Below, in pieces: positions 10,697 through 23,606 of a DNA stretch of 64,000 bases. Below the pieces are notes generated by a model, which had not been told where the DNA came from, made no database searches, and worked only from the letters and a program-made list of their open reading frames with translations. Positions within the stretch are counted from its first letter, which is position 1; the number at the start of each line of letters is the position of its first letter. This stretch comes from an uncultured Planctomycetota bacterium. GTDB taxonomy: Bacteria > Planctomycetota > Planctomycetia > Isosphaerales > Isosphaeraceae. Location: positions 608,001 through 672,000 of the forward strand of contig CAWJTV010000005.1 in NCBI GenBank assembly GCA_963845755.1, in the 5' to 3' direction. Made by a program: the position numbers and the translations under genes.

Positions 10697-13600
10697 ATGA
10701 GCATGCCGTCCCTCGACCCAGACGAATCCCCATCCGACGATTCGGAGACGACGGCGCCTCCGGAATCGGTCCCGACCACGATTATCGAACAGCCCAGTCA
10801 AACCTCGGAACACGATTCTGAGTCGTCGAGAGCTGGCTGGGTTCTGATCGCTCTCATCCCTTATGAAGGGGTCGAGCCGCCCGCGGACATCCGAGACGAT
10901 CTGGCGCGGTCGGTCTGGTGCACGGTTTCGTCGATCTGGCACCCTGCGTTGATCGGATCCGCGAAGGAGTTGCCTCGCATCGAACCGATTGAGTCCCCGT
11001 CCCCGCCCGGCCCTCGAGAAGTGCGCGTCATTCCCGACGGTGCGGGCGACAGGCTTCCTTCGGGCTATCGAACGCAAGCCGAGGATTCCGGTGCGGTGCT
11101 CCTGGATTCGGGCACGGATCGCGCCGAGTTGATCGGACGGATTCAGGCGAGGATGGGAATCCTGGCTGAGGCGGACACCGCAGAGGACGAACCGAAGAGA
11201 GCCGTGGCCCGCGATTACCTCGCGCTCGGCACGGTCTTCTGGATGCTTCGCAACCTGACCGTCGCGATGGGTCACTCGGATAACCTGGACCGGGAGAGCG
11301 TCTGGCGTGAGTTGCTGGCTGGATCCCACGGGTGGAAGGTGGGGGATTCCCCGGCGGCGGTGAATCGCCTCCGTGCCGCCTTTGAGGTGCTGACCCAGGC
11401 GCGGGAGCGATTCTATCCGGTCAACTCTTACTTGCTCGACCTCTGCCTCCTGGATCCGGCCATGCCGTCGGGAGTGCTCGCCGGCCCCTTGGCGACGGCG
11501 GTGCCCATGACGTTCATCGCACCCGCCCGGGCGATCGAAAACCAGGCCTCCGCCGACCCCGAGGCGTTGGCCGCACTGTGCCAGGCAATCACCGAGGGAT
11601 GGGCCGACGTGGCGGGTGGGACCTACGCCGAGTCCGACGATGCCTTGTTCCCCCTGGAGTCGATCTTCTGGCAATTCCAGCACGGGGCGGAGGTCTATCG
11701 TGCCCACCTCGAGGGTCGCAACGTCGAGACGTATGCCCGCCGCCGCTTCGGACTCTTCGTCCAGTTGCCCCAAGTCGCCAAGCGGTTCGGGATCCGATAC
11801 GCGGTTCACTTGTCCTTCGACACGGGTCGATTCCCGGTTCGACCGGAAACGAAGCGGCTCTGGGAGGGTCCCGAGGGGAGCAGCCTGGAGAGCCTGTTGC
11901 GTCCGCCGTTGGCCGCCGATCGCGATTCTCAGGGTTGGCTGCTCCCCTGGCGAATCGGGGCGACTATGCGCGACGACCATGTCGCCGCAGTACCGGTGGT
12001 CCACTGGCCGAGGCCGGTGGCATCCTGGTATGAGGACCTGCGCCGGGTCGCGACATACTCTCCGGTCCTGGGGCGTTGGACCACCCTCAATGACTTCTTC
12101 CACCTGACCGACCGCCCTTACGAGACGTTCCGCCCCGACCCTGACGCGTACGCGACGCCGTACCTCGTCCAGGCGGTTGCGAAACGCCAGGCGACACCCG
12201 TATCGGGGCTGGCCCGGCATCACCGACTTCGCGCGCGACTGGAGACATCTCGGACCATCCAGGGGCTGAGCCGTGCCCTGGCTTCGGCCGCCGGAAACGT
12301 GATCGGCCAGTGCGGAACTCGTTCGAGACGTCTCCTCTCTCGAGGCGATTGAAGAGCAGATCGAATGCGAACGTTCGGAGGAGGCCGCCTCCGCGCTGGA
12401 GCGGCACGTTCCCGCCTGGGCGGAAGCCTTGACGCGCCTCATCGTTGGGGCCGGATCGACGAACCGAACGAAGCGGCGCGGCTTCCTTGTGTTGAACCCA
12501 CTGGGCGTACCGCGACGTGTGGCCGTGGTCCTGCCGGGAGCGGCGCTGGACCTGCGGCCCGAGGGTCCGCTCCGCACGGCCCAGTTCACGGACGAGGGCG
12601 TGTTCGCGGTGGTGGACCTCCCCGCGTTTGGCTTCGCCTGGGTCCCGGCTGAGTCCGAGCCGGGGCGCTCGCCGGCCGCAGCGAGCGGACTGTCGGCCAA
12701 AGGGCGACAACTCCGCAATGAGTCTGTCGAGATCCAGGTTGACTCGACGACCGGCGGCCTCCGGAGCATCGCCAACGTCGGAGAGGCAACGGCCCGATTG
12801 GGGCAGCAACTTGTCATAGCCGGTCTGGTCAACACTGCGGGAAAGCCGGTCAACTCGCAGATGCGGTGTGATCGGTTCGAGATCGATTACGCCGGCCCCG
12901 CACTGGTGCAGGGGATGGCTTCCGGCTTCCTGATCGATCCCCGTCAGGGGAATCGGCTGGCCTCGTTCGACCAACGATATCGTCTCTGGGCCGGGCGGCC
13001 GATCCTCGAAATCGAAGTGCGACTGAAGGATCTCGATCCGGCCTGGGTTGAACAAGCTGCCCGGTCCGATCCGTGGTCGGTCTACCTGGCCTGCCGCTGG
13101 GCCTGGCCGGATTCGAATGCGATGCTCCGCCGCACGGTGCTCTGGTCGCCCGAACTCACGGAGGTCGAGCGGCCAGAAACCCCCGACGCGCTGGATATCT
13201 CGACCCGGACTCAGCGAACGGCGCTCCTCTTCGGCGGACTCGCCCATCATCGCAAACAGGGTGGTCGAATGCTCGACACGCTGCTCGTGGCCGGGGCCGA
13301 GACCTGTCGTGTCTTCACGCTGGGCGTCGTACTGGATCTGGAATACCCCTTCCATGCCGCGCAGGACTTCATCACACCGGCGGTCGTCGTCGCCACGGAA
13401 GATGGTCCCCCGTCGCTGGGCGTCACAGGCTGGCTGGTGCTCCTGGACCAGAAGAAGGTGGCTATCTCGCGGGTTGAGTTCGCCGAGAACGCCGGTGATC
13501 GCGGCTGGGGCCTGGTGATCCACCTGCTCGAGACCGCCGGGCAATCGGGCCGCTGCCGCTTGAGGTTGTTCCGCAACCCGACCTGGGCGCGACAGGTCAA

Positions 13601-13703
13601 CTTCCTCGGCGAAACGATCATCGACCTCTCCGTGGAAGGCGATGCCGTGCATGTAGATCTAACTCCGCACGAGCTGGCTCGGGTCGAAGTAACGTTGGGA
13701 TAA
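10697..13703 (+). CDS. Glycoside hydrolase family 38 (alpha-mannosidase)-like large protein, frameshift at ~12310
   Basis: GGTYAESDDALFPLESIFWQ, FG..QLPQV, LWEGPEGS, VLNPLG, VDLPAFG, LRNE and DLTPHEL motifs echo GH38 N-terminal, middle and C-terminal domains. Confidence 0.6.
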
Positions 13704-13716
13704 TGATGTCTCGAAT

Positions 13717-15203
<1,487 letters not shown>

Positions 15204-15217
15204 GGGTGCACCTCTAT

Positions 15218-17620
15218 CTATTCTAGTGTGATCGTTTCGTCCAGATTCAGGATGACGCCGGCGGTGGCCATGTGGGCCGCCAGGTCGATCGGATCGAGCT
15301 TCGGGTCGGACGGGCTCTCGCCATGGCGGATGAGTTGGAGCGCAGCCTGTCGGTCGGAGGCATACGCGGCGCGGTAGCGTTCGAGCCCGCGGCTCAAGAC
15401 GGCCAACTCGGCGGACGTCGGTCTGCGGGAAGTGGCCCTGCGGAACGCAAAGGCGATACGTTCTTCATCGTTGCATCCGCCTTCGGCAAGCATGATCTGG
15501 GCCAGTCCCCGCGCGGCCTCGACATACGCCACGTCGTTCAGCAGCTCGAGGGCCTGGAGGGGGGTATTCGTACGGGAACGCTTCACCTGGCAAGTCTCGC
15601 GACTGGGTGCGTCGAATGTCGCCAGGGCGGGATGCGGCACGGTCCGCTTGCGGTATACGTAGAGGCTGCGGCGGTAGAGGTTCGCCCCTTGGTCCTGGAT
15701 ATAAGGTCCCTCTCCGGCGCCACCGGCCAGCTCTTCCCAGAGACCGGCGGGTTGATACGGCTTGACCGACGGACCGCCGAGCCGCGTCGTCAAGAGCCCG
15801 GCGATGGCCAGCGCGTTATCGCGGACCACCTCGGCCGAAAGGCGAAACCGCGGTCCGCGCCGAGCAAGCGGTTTTCCGGGTCGTGGGCCAGCAGTGCCGG
15901 ACGCACGCGCGACGCCTGGCGATAGGTCGCGCTCGTGACGATCAGGCGGTGCATCGCTTTGATGTCCCACCCCGTTCGGATCAGCTCGGTGGCCAGCCAA
16001 TCCAGCAATTCCGGATGGGAAGGCAGCTCACCCTGGACTCCGAAGTTCTCGGCCGTCTTCACCAATCCCAGGCCGAAGTGGTGCTGCCAGATCCGGTTCA
16101 CGACAACTCGGGCCGTCAGCGGGTTCTCCGGCGACACCAGCCAGCGGGCCAGGCCCAGACGGTTCCTCGGCGCGCCGGCAGGGGGTTCCGACAGGCAGGA
16201 CGGAGTGCCCGGCTGGAGCCTCTTTTTCTTGTCGGGCTGGTCGTACTGGCCGCGCTTGAGGACATAGGTCGGCCGAGGCGTTGCCAGATCCTCCATGACC
16301 ATGACCGAAGGAATCGTCTTCTCGTACTCCTCCTTGGCTTTTCTGAGCTTCTCCGCGTGGGGCTTGCTCCCGTGGGCCTTGGCGACGGCGACCGCGAGGT
16401 CGAACTCGCGCAGTCGGGCTGGGTCCTCCGGCCTGGACAGGACGACCAAGGGCGGCACATTGCCTCGAGTCTCGGTATACACGCCCTTCTCGTTGACGCC
16501 GTCGAAGAACCCGAAGAACTGGTAGAACTCGGTCTGTGCGATCGGATCGAACTTGTGGTCGTGACAGCGAGCACAACCCATGGTGAGACCCAGGAACACC
16601 ATCGAGGTCGTCTCGACGCGATCCACATTGTTCTCGACCCGCCATTCCTCCTCGATCGAACCGGCCTCGGTCACGGTGCGATTGTTGCGATTAAATCCGG
16701 TGGCGATGCGCTGGGCCAAACTGGCCCCGGGACGCAGGTCGCCCGCAATCTGGTCGATCGTGAACTGATCGAATGGCTGGTTCGCATTGAAGGCATTGAT
16801 GACCCAGTCGCGCCAAGGCCACATGGTGCGAGCGAAGTCGTTCTGATAGCCATTGGTATCCGCGTATCGGGCTCCATCGAGCCAGTCCATCGCCACGCGC
16901 TCGCCGTAAGCCGGCGAGGCCAGCAGGCGGTCAACGAGCCGTTCGTAGGCATTTGGCGAGCAGTCGGAGAGGAAGGTGTCGATCTCGGCCGGAAAGGGCG
17001 GCAGCCCGGTCAGGTCGAGGGAGACACGCCGAACCAACATAGTGTGCTCCGCTTCCGGCGAGGGAGATAGCTTCTCGGCTTCGAGTCGGGCGAGGATAAA
17101 CGCATCGATCGGATTCTTCGCCCAATTTTGGTCCCGAACCAACGGCGGATTCTTCCGATACGGCGGCTCGAACGCCCAGTGATTACTCCATGATGCGCCC
17201 TGGTCGATCCAGTTCTTCAGCCGCGCGATCTGTTGAGGGGTCAGCGTTTTCCCCGACTTCCGGGGCGGCATGAGCTGCTCGGGATCGTCGCTCGTGATGC
17301 GCTGGATCAGCTCGCTGCTCTTGCTCTTGCCGGGCACGATCACCGGTTCGGCCTTGCGCAGGGCGCTCTCCTTGACATCGAGCCGCAGATCGGCCTTGCG
17401 CAGTCCTGGAGTCGGGGCCGTGGCAGCGGAAGCAGTTGTCCGAGAGGATCGGCAAGATCTCGCGTCGGAAATCGACCGGATCGGGCGTTCCTGCCCGAGC
17501 GAATCCCGGGAGTAGAATCACGGCGACAATTGTTACGAGGAGGACGCCGATCCAGCGATGGGCTCGCGCAGTGATATCCGGCTGACGATCGCAACGAAAG
17601 GCGGGCGAGTCGGGGCGCAT
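15218..17620 (-). CDS. Planctomycete cytochrome c / DUF1549 / DUF1553 (PSCyt1-PSCyt2-PSD1) protein, frameshifts at ~17400 and ~15860
   Basis: [13 protein letters not shown] (CxxCH), [47 protein letters not shown] and NTPLQAL motifs. Confidence 0.92.
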
Positions 17621-17750
17621 ACGTAGTTCGTGCTCGATAAGGAAGGCAGGCTGGATGAGGAGGGATGTCGCTTCACCGTTCATTATCGCGGTCCCCGACG
17701 CTCTGAGGCAAGGTCACGAGATGAGATGGGAGCGCCTCCCGATCCAAGTC

Positions 17751-19135
17751 TTATAGCACCCACCCCTTGCGATACTCGATGTGAAGATACTGATTCAGCT
17801 CCGGTGCGTTCGTGACCTTTATCTTCTCACTATCCCATTCCAGCCTCCGACCGGGCGCCCGGAGCGCGAGGACGCCCAGGAGGACGATCTCAGTCATGGG
17901 GCCGGCATAGTCGAAGTTCGACACAGGACGCGGGCCACCTTTGCAGGCTTCCACCCATTCCTCGTAATGCCCCGGCGAGCGCTTCATCGTCCTGGGGACC
18001 GTGTTGGCCTTTTCATGAAGGGCGTGGGGTAAGAGTTCCGGCGTGCCGCCGTGGGAACTGTGGTACATCTTCCCCTCTGTGCCGATGTAGAGCACGCCGT
18101 TATCGGGAAGGCCCTGGCCTGGCGCCATTTCCGATGGCGTCGGCGGCATGAGACCACCTTCGTACCACGTCATCCGGACGGGTGGTTTGTCGCCGGCGCC
18201 GGAAAGTCGAAGTAGATGACGGCGGCGATGGGGTAAGTCTCGAAGTTCGGTTTGTCGCCATCGAGGAAGGAACCGTCGAGGGTCGTTCGGGCCTCAACTG
18301 CCGTCGGCGCGCCGAGTCCGAGCGCCCAGACGGGATGATCGATGATGTGGCAACCCATGTCTCCGAGCGCCCCCGTTCCGAAGTCCCGCCATCCGCGCCA
18401 ACTGACGGGAGCGTACGCCGGGTGATAAGGCCGGGGGTGGACAGGCCCCAACCAGAGATCCCAGTCGAGGGTTTGGGGTATAGGCGGCGTGTCCTTGGGA
18501 CGGCCGATACCTTGCTTCCAGAGGCGGCCGGCCCGGTCCGACCAGACGTGGACCTCCCGAACAGCTCCGATGACCCCGGACTGGATCCACTCGTTGGTCA
18601 GCCGGGCTCCTTCCGTGGCGTGTCCCTGGTTACCCATCTGTGTCGCGACCCCGGCCCGTCGAGCGGCCTTCGTGACCTCTCGGCACTCGACCAGCGTGTG
18701 AGTGAGCGGTTTCTGGCAATACACCGGCTTCCCCGCACGGATCGCCGCCATTGTCGCGATGGCGTGGATGTGGTCCGGTGTCCCCACCGTGATTGCGTCA
18801 ATGCGACCTGCCTCCTGGTCGATCATTTTGCGGAAGTCTTTGTATCGCCGTGCCTTGGGAAAGGCATTAAAGGAGCCGGAAGCCCGTTCCTCATCCACGT
18901 CGCACAGGGCGACGATGTTGGCACCCAGACGGCTGATGGTGGCGATGTCTCCGCCTCCCATGCCGCCGGCCCCGATGCTGGCGACGTCGAGGCGGTCGCT
19001 CGGCGCGACGAACCCGGCGCCTCCCAGGACGTGACGCGGAACGATCGTGAAGCCGAGCGCCAGTGCGCCGCCGGTGCCCAGGAAGACCCGTCGCGATCGA
19101 TCGACTGGACTCTGTTCATCATGAGGAGTTTGCAT
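17751..19135 (-). CDS. Gfo/Idh/MocA oxidoreductase with Tat-like signal, frameshift at ~18195
   Basis: SRRVFL, IGAGGMG, TPDHIH, YCQKPL, DWDLWLGP and GALGDMGCH motifs. Confidence 0.9.
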
Positions 19136-19200
19136 CGTGAATCGTTCCTCGATGGTCCAGGGAAACCTCGCGCCTCGTCAGAAGGGATGATGACCCGGAT

Positions 19201-20031
19201 TCAGTTCTTCACTGGGTCCGTTCGACCCGCCACCACCCAGTCCATTCCTTGTACGATCAGGCGCATCAGGTTCGGGTCGCGGAGCGGCTCATAATCGGGG
19301 TGGTCCTTCCATCCGGTATGGCCGAGGTTGGTGTGGAAGACCCGGCCCTTGCCGAAGGTCCGCGTCCATGCGACGGGCCAGGCAACTCCCTGATGCTCGA
19401 TCGTAGCCAGAGGCTGGACGTCGGCCATCATCTGCATCTGGTAGTAGAGCTCGTCTGTCAGTTCGAAGTCCTTGAGACCCTGAGTGATCGGGCTCGCCGT
19501 ATCGGCGATCTTGACCATGTAGGTGCCTTTCCGCGTCTTGCCATCGGGCTGTCCGACGTGAGAGAAGATACCGCCCAGCATGTCTTTCCATTCGGGGAGC
19601 CAGTCGGCCGCGGCATTATCGGCGCCATGGATCGAGACATAGCCGTGTCCGGAGCGGACGAACTCGAAAATGGCCTGTTGCTGGCTCCGGGTGAACTTCG
19701 ATTCCGGGTCGCGGCGATCGGCGGCGACGATGAGCAGGTCGTACTTGCGGATGGCTGGGGTTTCGAGGATTGCGGCGTCCTCGCCGATGGTCACCTGGAA
19801 CCGGCCCGTGTTCTCCAGGGTACGGGAAAGGTAGAATGCCTGGTCGCGGTAGCCGTGGTGTTCGCGCTGGCCGCCCGAGAGCAGGAAGACCTTGGCGCCG
19901 CTGGGCACCTTCTTCTGGGCCTGCGCGGGCTGGATGAGACAGACGGAGAACACCAGGCTCAGTCCGATGATGGGAAGTTTGGTCAAGGAAGTCGCTCCTG
20001 CCCGGGGGGCCCTCTTGGTAGGATCAGGCAA
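19201..20031 (-). CDS. ThuA-like (trehalose utilisation) domain protein, secreted; start uncertain
   Basis: LLSGG..HH, GYVSIHGA, FELTDELY and AWTRTFGKGRVFHTNLGH motifs; hydrophobic signal segment. Confidence 0.82.
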   Translation of the reverse strand: MPDPTKRAPRAGATSLTKLPIIGLSLVFSVCLIQPAQAQKKVPSGAKVFLLSGGQREHHGYRDQAFYLSRTLENTGRFQVTIGEDAAILETPAIRKYDLLIVAADRRDPESKFTRSQQQAIFEFVRSGHGYVSIHGADNAAADWLPEWKDMLGGIFSHVGQPDGKTRKGTYMVKIADTASPITQGLKDFELTDELYYQMQMMADVQPLATIEHQGVAWPVAWTRTFGKGRVFHTNLGHTGWKDHPDYEPLRDPNLMRLIVQGMDWVVAGRTDPVKN

Positions 20032-20155
20032 CAGTGGATCGACCGGGATGCACTCTTGAGACCTCAATGGAGAAGACGAGTCGTAGCGTAAACCGGTCCG
20101 GGCTTGGTCGCAAGTCTCGGCCCGGCAATCGCCACGATCGAGGAGTTCGCAACCG

Positions 20156-20731
20156 ATGAGACAATCGAACCGGCTTCGCCAAAGCGTGTGCGGTCTTCTG
20201 GGGATGGCGGCCATGACGCTGCTTCTGGCCGGGGCCGACAAGCCCAAGCAAACCATCGACACAGGAGGCCTGAAATTCGACGTGCCGAAGTCCTGGACGT
20301 CGAGCCCTCCGCCCGGCGGTGGCATGCGAGTGGCTCAGTTGAAGGTCGAACCGATCGAGGGCGAGGACTACGCGGCCGAGATGCTCGTTTACGTTTTCCG
20401 TCCCAGTGCAGGGACGGTTGAAGCCAATCTGAAGCGTTGGCAGGGTTGGTTCAAGGACAAGGATGGGAATCAACCCACGATCGAGAGCAAGAAAGTCAAG
20501 GGGAAGAACGTCGAGGTGACCCGAGCCGAGACCCACGGTGAATTCCAACCGCCGCAGCTCCCCGGGCGCCCCGCGGAGCCGAAGCGATCGAATGCCCGGT
20601 TCCTGGGCGCCATCGTGCCCGGCGAAGGGGCCACGTACTACATCCGCATGGTCGGTCCCGACAAGACGATGACCAAACTCAAACCGGAGTTCGACGCCGT
20701 CTTGAGTTCGATGGAAGTTGGGGCGAAGTAA
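20156..20731 (+). CDS. Secreted conserved hypothetical protein
   Basis: GGAG RBS, signal peptide, GLKFDVPKSW, ANLKRW..F and YYIRMVGP pattern; typical codon usage. Confidence 0.8.
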   Translation: MRQSNRLRQSVCGLLGMAAMTLLLAGADKPKQTIDTGGLKFDVPKSWTSSPPPGGGMRVAQLKVEPIEGEDYAAEMLVYVFRPSAGTVEANLKRWQGWFKDKDGNQPTIESKKVKGKNVEVTRAETHGEFQPPQLPGRPAEPKRSNARFLGAIVPGEGATYYIRMVGPDKTMTKLKPEFDAVLSSMEVGAK

Positions 20732-20860
20732 AGGAGACTGGCCGGCGTATTGGATCCGCGCGGCAGGCAGATCATGCTTCCTGCCGCGGCTTCGTATCGA
20801 CCGAGCCGGGTCATGAGGAAGTGTGCCGCCCGCGACCTGACGCCGAGGAGCCGCTGAGCG

Positions 20861-21427
20861 ATGGTGAGCATCACGATCATTTGCGCACGCTGCACGCTGA
20901 CGAATCACGTCTCGGACCGCTACTGCTCGAGTTGCGGGCTTCCACTGGGCGCGGTCGAGGCCGACGCCGGCGCCGGCTCCGACGCGCTCGGCCCTTATGA
21001 GATCCCCGAGCCGGCGGACCCCGACGTCGCCTGTCTGCTCCTGGAATTCGTCCGGCGCGGCGGCTACGACGCGAACCCCTCGGGCCAGGGCTGGCAAGTC
21101 GTCGTCCCGCTCCGGCTGGATCGGAAGCAGGCCGTCTATGTCGGACCGGCTGGCATCGACTCCGAGGGCCGCACAATCCTCGGACTGGTCTCCGTGTGCG
21201 GACCGGTCAACGAGCGCGATTGCCGCAGCCTGCTCAAACTCAATGCACGCATCGTCGAGGGGCATTTCGCGATCCGCGTCCTTCGCGGCGAAGAATACTT
21301 CGTCGTCATCGAAAACGTTCCCGCCGATACGATGCGAACTATCGACGCCAACGGATTGATCCGGCGCATCGCCAACCTCGCCGACGGCCTGGAAGAACGG
21401 CTCTCCCGAGGTGCCGACATCTATTGA
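20861..21427 (+). CDS. Zinc-ribbon plus YbjN/type III chaperone-like domain protein
   Basis: CARC...CSSCG N-terminus; C-terminal SVCGP..LLKLNARIVEGHFAI...IANLADGLEERL; GAGGAG upstream. Confidence 0.7.
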   Translation: MVSITIICARCTLTNHVSDRYCSSCGLPLGAVEADAGAGSDALGPYEIPEPADPDVACLLLEFVRRGGYDANPSGQGWQVVVPLRLDRKQAVYVGPAGIDSEGRTILGLVSVCGPVNERDCRSLLKLNARIVEGHFAIRVLRGEEYFVVIENVPADTMRTIDANGLIRRIANLADGLEERLSRGADIY

Positions 21428-21531
21428 TGCGGGTGTGTTGCAGGATGACAGATTATCGATCGTAGTCAATCGCAGATTGCAATGCATCGTGCAGGCTTTC
21501 GTGATTGTGTGACTGGCTGCGAAACTTGTGG

Positions 21532-21724
21532 TTGGCTTTGTTTTTATCAAGTGAAACGGTCAAGCGTGCTATACAATCGGAATAAATTTCCTATTTTTCC
21601 TATCTTTGGCTTCGTTTTGACGGTTCTTGAAGACGTATGAGTCTCAAACGCCCCTGCAATTCCACTTTTTCGATAAATTCGATTTATTCTTCTCATTTTG
21701 CTCATTCTGTTCTTGGCTTCGTTT
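21532..21724. repeat. Three dispersed TTGGCTT(C/T)GTTT motifs plus 9-mer duplications in an AT-rich patch
   Basis: Copies at 21532-21543, 21606-21617 and 21713-21724; TTCCTATTT/TTCCTATCT and CTCATTTTG/CTCATTCTG duplications. Confidence 0.6.
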
Positions 21725-22181
21725 CTTGAATTTGAGACGACCTTTCCCCCATCGGACGACTCGGACAACCTGAGCGGAACATTCAGGCGATAACTCCTCA
21801 CGGGATATGATCCGAAGATCGGCGTCTCGAGTTGCATAAATTTTTATGGATCTTTGGGTTTTCTTGAGGCGAGCGCGTAAGGCAAGCAGTATTGATTGCA
21901 TCAGAGAGTGCGCGATCGACGATCGCCGCGATAACTCGATTTCCAGTGTGGCGGACCGACCGAGCCGAGGAGTTGGACGGATCGCACTGACGTGCGAGGT
22001 TGGAGGTCCCCCCGTTCGAACCGCGAGCTTGCGCCCCTGGTCACGACGAGGCAGCCGTTGCACCCGGGCGAGCGGGCCTTATTGGAATCGATTCTGAAAC
22101 GCGGTTCATTTCGATCTGATCGAGAGCACCCGACGAGTCCCAACGAGGGTGTTGCGATCCGTCGGTACAAAGGCGCCCCTC

Positions 22182-22228
22182 TTGACTCTTCTTCGATGGC
22201 TGTCTATATTGATAGACATCGAAGGAAG
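22182..22228 (+). promoter_or_regulatory. sigma70 promoter TTGACT-N17-TATATT overlapped by an inverted repeat (probable ArsR operator)
   Basis: -35 at 22182-22187, -10 at 22205-22210; TGTCTAT-attg-ATAGACA core extended by TTCGA...TCGAA. Confidence 0.7.
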
Positions 22229-22246
22229 ACGTGTGCAGTGGCAAAC

Positions 22247-22531
22247 ATGACACCGAAGCAGTTTCAGCAGATTGCGAGGGCACTGGCCGATCCTCAACGC
22301 TTCGCGATTCTCGAACGCATTGCGGGCAAGCTGGACGAGCTGCCGTGTAAGAGGCTCGTGGAAGAGTTGCCGATCTCCCAGGCAACCATCTCGCATCACA
22401 TCAAGGAGCTGGCGGAGGCCGGCCTGATCGCCTTGCGCCGCGAGGCGCAGTGTGCGTATCTGAGTTTGAACCGCGAGACGTTGGACGCGTATCGTCGGGA
22501 ACTCGGCCAGCGGCTGGTGCTGGATCGCTGA
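22247..22531 (+). CDS. ArsR/SmtB family transcriptional regulator
   Basis: ALADPQRFAIL...ISQATISHHIKELAEAGLI winged-helix signature. Confidence 0.9.
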   Translation: MTPKQFQQIARALADPQRFAILERIAGKLDELPCKRLVEELPISQATISHHIKELAEAGLIALRREAQCAYLSLNRETLDAYRRELGQRLVLDR

Positions 22532-22726
22532 GGTCTGTCGGCGATCGTCCGCGATGCAATGGATCGCGTTGCGCACGGAAGTTGCCACAACGATCGCGGT
22601 CGTTCTGGCCCATCGGGTCAGATCGGCGTTCTGGTCGCCCAACCGCGAGGTCGTGAGACCCGCGCCGCGCCGTGATTCGGTTTTCGTGAAGGACGATTGT
22701 CTGAGATTGAAAGGGAGGAGTCGATC

Positions 22727-23488
22727 ATGGCAGAACCGCTTGCACTCTCGGGGAAAGTCGCGCTGGTGACGGGGGCATCGCGGGGCATCGGTGCGGCGAT
22801 CTCCGCCCACCTCGCCCGCGCGGGAGCGACGGTCCTGATCAACTACGGCAGGAGCGAGGACGCAGCCCAGGCCCTCGCCAAGGAGATCCAGCAGGCCGGA
22901 GGCAAGGCCCACCTGCTCCAGGCCGACGTCAGCGTGTCGAAGCAGGTCAACGCCTTGTTCGACCGGATCGACAAGTCCCACGGAGGGAAGATCGACATTC
23001 TGGTCAACAATGCCGGCGTTTACCTGACAGGGCCCCTCGCGGGGTACAGCGAAGCGGACTTCGATCGGACGTTCGACGTGAACGTGAAGTCGATGTTCCT
23101 GGTCACCCAGCGAGCGTTGAGCCGATTGACGGATGGCGGCCGAGTGATCAATATCGGCAGCATTGTCGGCGAGCGTGTCCCCATGGCCGGAGCCAGTGTA
23201 TACGCGGCGAGCAAGTTTGCCGTCGCAGGGTTCACTCGGGCGTGGGCCAGGGAACTGGCGCCGCGGAAGATCACGGTCAATGATGTGCAACCGGGCCCGA
23301 TCGATACGGATATGAACCCGGCGGACTCCGCCAAGAATCCGGCCGCCGAGATCCTGCGCGGTGTGATCCCTCTCGGGCGATACGGTCGGGCGGACGAAGT
23401 TGCGGCCGTGGTCGCGTTCCTCGCTACGCCGCAAGCTTCGTTCGTCACCGGCGCGACCATCAACGTGGACGGGGGCGTGATCGCCTGA
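22727..23488 (+). CDS. Short-chain dehydrogenase/reductase
   Basis: TGASRGIG, NNAG, YAASK and PGPIDT motifs; GGAGGAG RBS. Confidence 0.93.
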   Translation: MAEPLALSGKVALVTGASRGIGAAISAHLARAGATVLINYGRSEDAAQALAKEIQQAGGKAHLLQADVSVSKQVNALFDRIDKSHGGKIDILVNNAGVYLTGPLAGYSEADFDRTFDVNVKSMFLVTQRALSRLTDGGRVINIGSIVGERVPMAGASVYAASKFAVAGFTRAWARELAPRKITVNDVQPGPIDTDMNPADSAKNPAAEILRGVIPLGRYGRADEVAAVVAFLATPQASFVTGATINVDGGVIA

Positions 23489-23606
23489 TAGGCTCATCCC
23501 GCTGTCCGTTGCCATGCAATGGATAAGAAACCCGGCCGGGGATTCCAGAATCCAGGGTCCTCATTCCATGACATTACCATTCCCAGGAATTTGACAGGGA
23601 CAAGAC

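Noticed and set aside
10247..12352. 701-aa DUF480-GH38 fusion ORF in the ORF track
   Set aside because: Explained by a 2-nt slip at ~10678; the corrected frame ends ELKSALGA* at 10692 and a new ATG follows at 10697.
5516..13652. Long antisense ORFs (5516-7228, 7332-9287, 10535-12853, 12087-13652) and similar ones elsewhere
   Set aside because: Shadow frames of real genes in high-GC DNA; Arg/Pro/Gly-rich with no motifs.
21532..21724. Mini CRISPR array
   Set aside because: Repeats are only 12 nt, spacing is irregular, and no cas genes are present.
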